From the NCBI GenBank assembly GCA_964632095.1, contig CAZWBN010000001.1:1-33461 (forward strand): a stretch of DNA of 33,461 bases, in the 5' to 3' direction. The notes beneath the pieces were generated by a model. It was not told the DNA's origin. It was given only the letters and a program-made list of their open reading frames with translations, and ran no database searches. How positions within the stretch are numbered: position 1 is the first letter of the stretch; every line of letters begins with the position of its first letter. Of this stretch, positions 32,702 through 33,461 are shown in pieces. A program made the translations under genes and the position numbers. The stretch comes from an uncultured Clostridia bacterium (GTDB lineage Bacteria; Acidobacteriota; Aminicenantia; JdFR-78).

Positions 32702-32920
32702 TTATTCCCTTATCATTCTCGTTCCACACTTTGGACAGGAAACCTGATTACAGGGAACTCCTCTCTGATGAGGAACTCTTGTACCACAGGAGGGACATAC
32801 ACAATAGCCTCCTAACCCTAAACCTCCTCCTCTTCCTCTTCCATATCCTTGTCCTCTTCCTTGTCCCCAGCCACCTCCAGAGCCTTTACCTGCTGGTCCC
32901 ATACCATTTCCTCTTGGCAT
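32702..32920 (-). CDS. DUF5320-like Gly/Arg-rich protein with C-terminal zinc ribbon
   Basis: MPRGNGMGPAGKGSGGGWGQGRGQGYGRGRGGG is a DUF5320-type N-terminus. It is followed by CVCPSCG...PHQRGVPC...CPKCG. Confidence 0.65.
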   Translation of the reverse strand: MPRGNGMGPAGKGSGGGWGQGRGQGYGRGRGGGLGLGGYCVCPSCGTRVPHQRGVPCNQVSCPKCGTRMIRE

Positions 32921-32956
32921 TCTGAACCTCCTTATAAGTTTAATATTTTGTTATCA

Positions 32957-33403
32957 TTAGTTATAGGTTTCCATTATTTTTTTATCTTCTTGTATTAAAT
33001 CTCTAGCAATCTCTTCCATTTTCATTTTTTTCCAGAAAGAAAGTTTCTGATGAGTTTCAAAATACTTTAATGGTATTGGATGAGTCCCAATAACTACAGG
33101 CAATTTGTATCGAGTTTCTATATATTCTTTAAAATGTCTTATACGAGGACAAGGAGGATAACCAACAACTAATCCTGTAGCAAGATGAATTACTTCTGCC
33201 CCGTTTTTTTTCATTTCTTCTGGAACATATTCAACATTTCCTCCTGGGCAACCTCCACAATAAGAATATCCCACTATTTCTACTTCTTCATCCTTGGAAT
33301 AAATTGAAAATCCACCGACTCTTTCTTTCAAAGCTCGAAAACATTTACCTCCACTGCAATTTTGGTATCTTGCGCAAATAATTATTCCTATTTTTTTCAT
33401 CAA
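32957..33403 (-). CDS. CGGC-domain protein
   Basis: IGIIICARYQNCSGGKCF...YSYCGGCPGG. The eponymous CGGC motif sits in the expected N-terminal half. 148 aa. Confidence 0.7.
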   Translation of the reverse strand: MMKKIGIIICARYQNCSGGKCFRALKERVGGFSIYSKDEEVEIVGYSYCGGCPGGNVEYVPEEMKKNGAEVIHLATGLVVGYPPCPRIRHFKEYIETRYKLPVVIGTHPIPLKYFETHQKLSFWKKMKMEEIARDLIQEDKKIMETYN

Positions 33404-33461
33404 TTCCTCCTTTTATTTAATGTATCGTGTTTTCCGGATAACTTTCTCTCAAGCCAGCTTC

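Noticed and set aside
33417-33461. Possible 3' end of another minus-strand gene (…EAGLRESYPENTIH, stop TAA at 33417-33419).
   Set aside because: Only 14 codons are visible and there is no motif. It cannot be distinguished from non-coding sequence.

Overview
AT-rich, very gene-dense window with about 45 protein genes and one tRNA. Every gene except one (ExbD/TolR-like, 4758-5192) lies on the minus strand. Many neighbouring genes overlap by 1-29 nt at start/stop, so most of the window reads as a few long operons. Block A (1-14.1 kb) is housekeeping: a partial secreted BNR-repeat protein, a secreted GyrI-like protein, hutU, a DUF2065 protein, gltX, acyl-CoA dehydrogenase, a fused radical-SAM/DUF2344 protein, and the rod-shape cluster rodA-mrdA-mreD-mreC-mreB. 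Block B (14.2-20.7 kb) starts at tRNA-Leu(CAA). It carries TrmO, a DUF123 GIY-YIG protein, a SAM methyltransferase, a Cys-rich DUF6125-like protein, a cation-diffusion-facilitator fused to a NifX/NifB-type domain, a radical SAM enzyme, DUF89, NUDIX and a ZIP metal transporter. Block C (20.8-33.4 kb) is an uninterrupted redox / Fe-S / sulfur-trafficking supercluster with two parts. (i) The first part is an ArsR regulator, DsrE-like and TusA-like sulfur carriers, two MvhD-like proteins, two complementary HdrA/Qmo-like flavoproteins and two paralogous AsrA/FrhB-like Fe-S proteins. It has no HdrBC, QmoC, hydrogenase, formate dehydrogenase or AprAB partner. (ii) The second part is upstream: a CGGC-domain protein, DUF5320, an FmdB zinc ribbon, a ferredoxin, an MBL-fold protein, two MinD-type ATPases with inserted ferredoxin domains, a DUF4405 membrane protein, a NifU/IscU-like scaffold and a small Cys-rich protein. 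I saw no transposase, integrase, CRISPR array, rRNA or recognisable defence or prophage genes. Gene content (HdrA, MvhD, many 4Fe-4S proteins, three radical SAM enzymes) points to a strict anaerobe; the taxon cannot be assigned from the sequence alone. All family assignments come from motif recognition by eye in the supplied translations, not from database searches.
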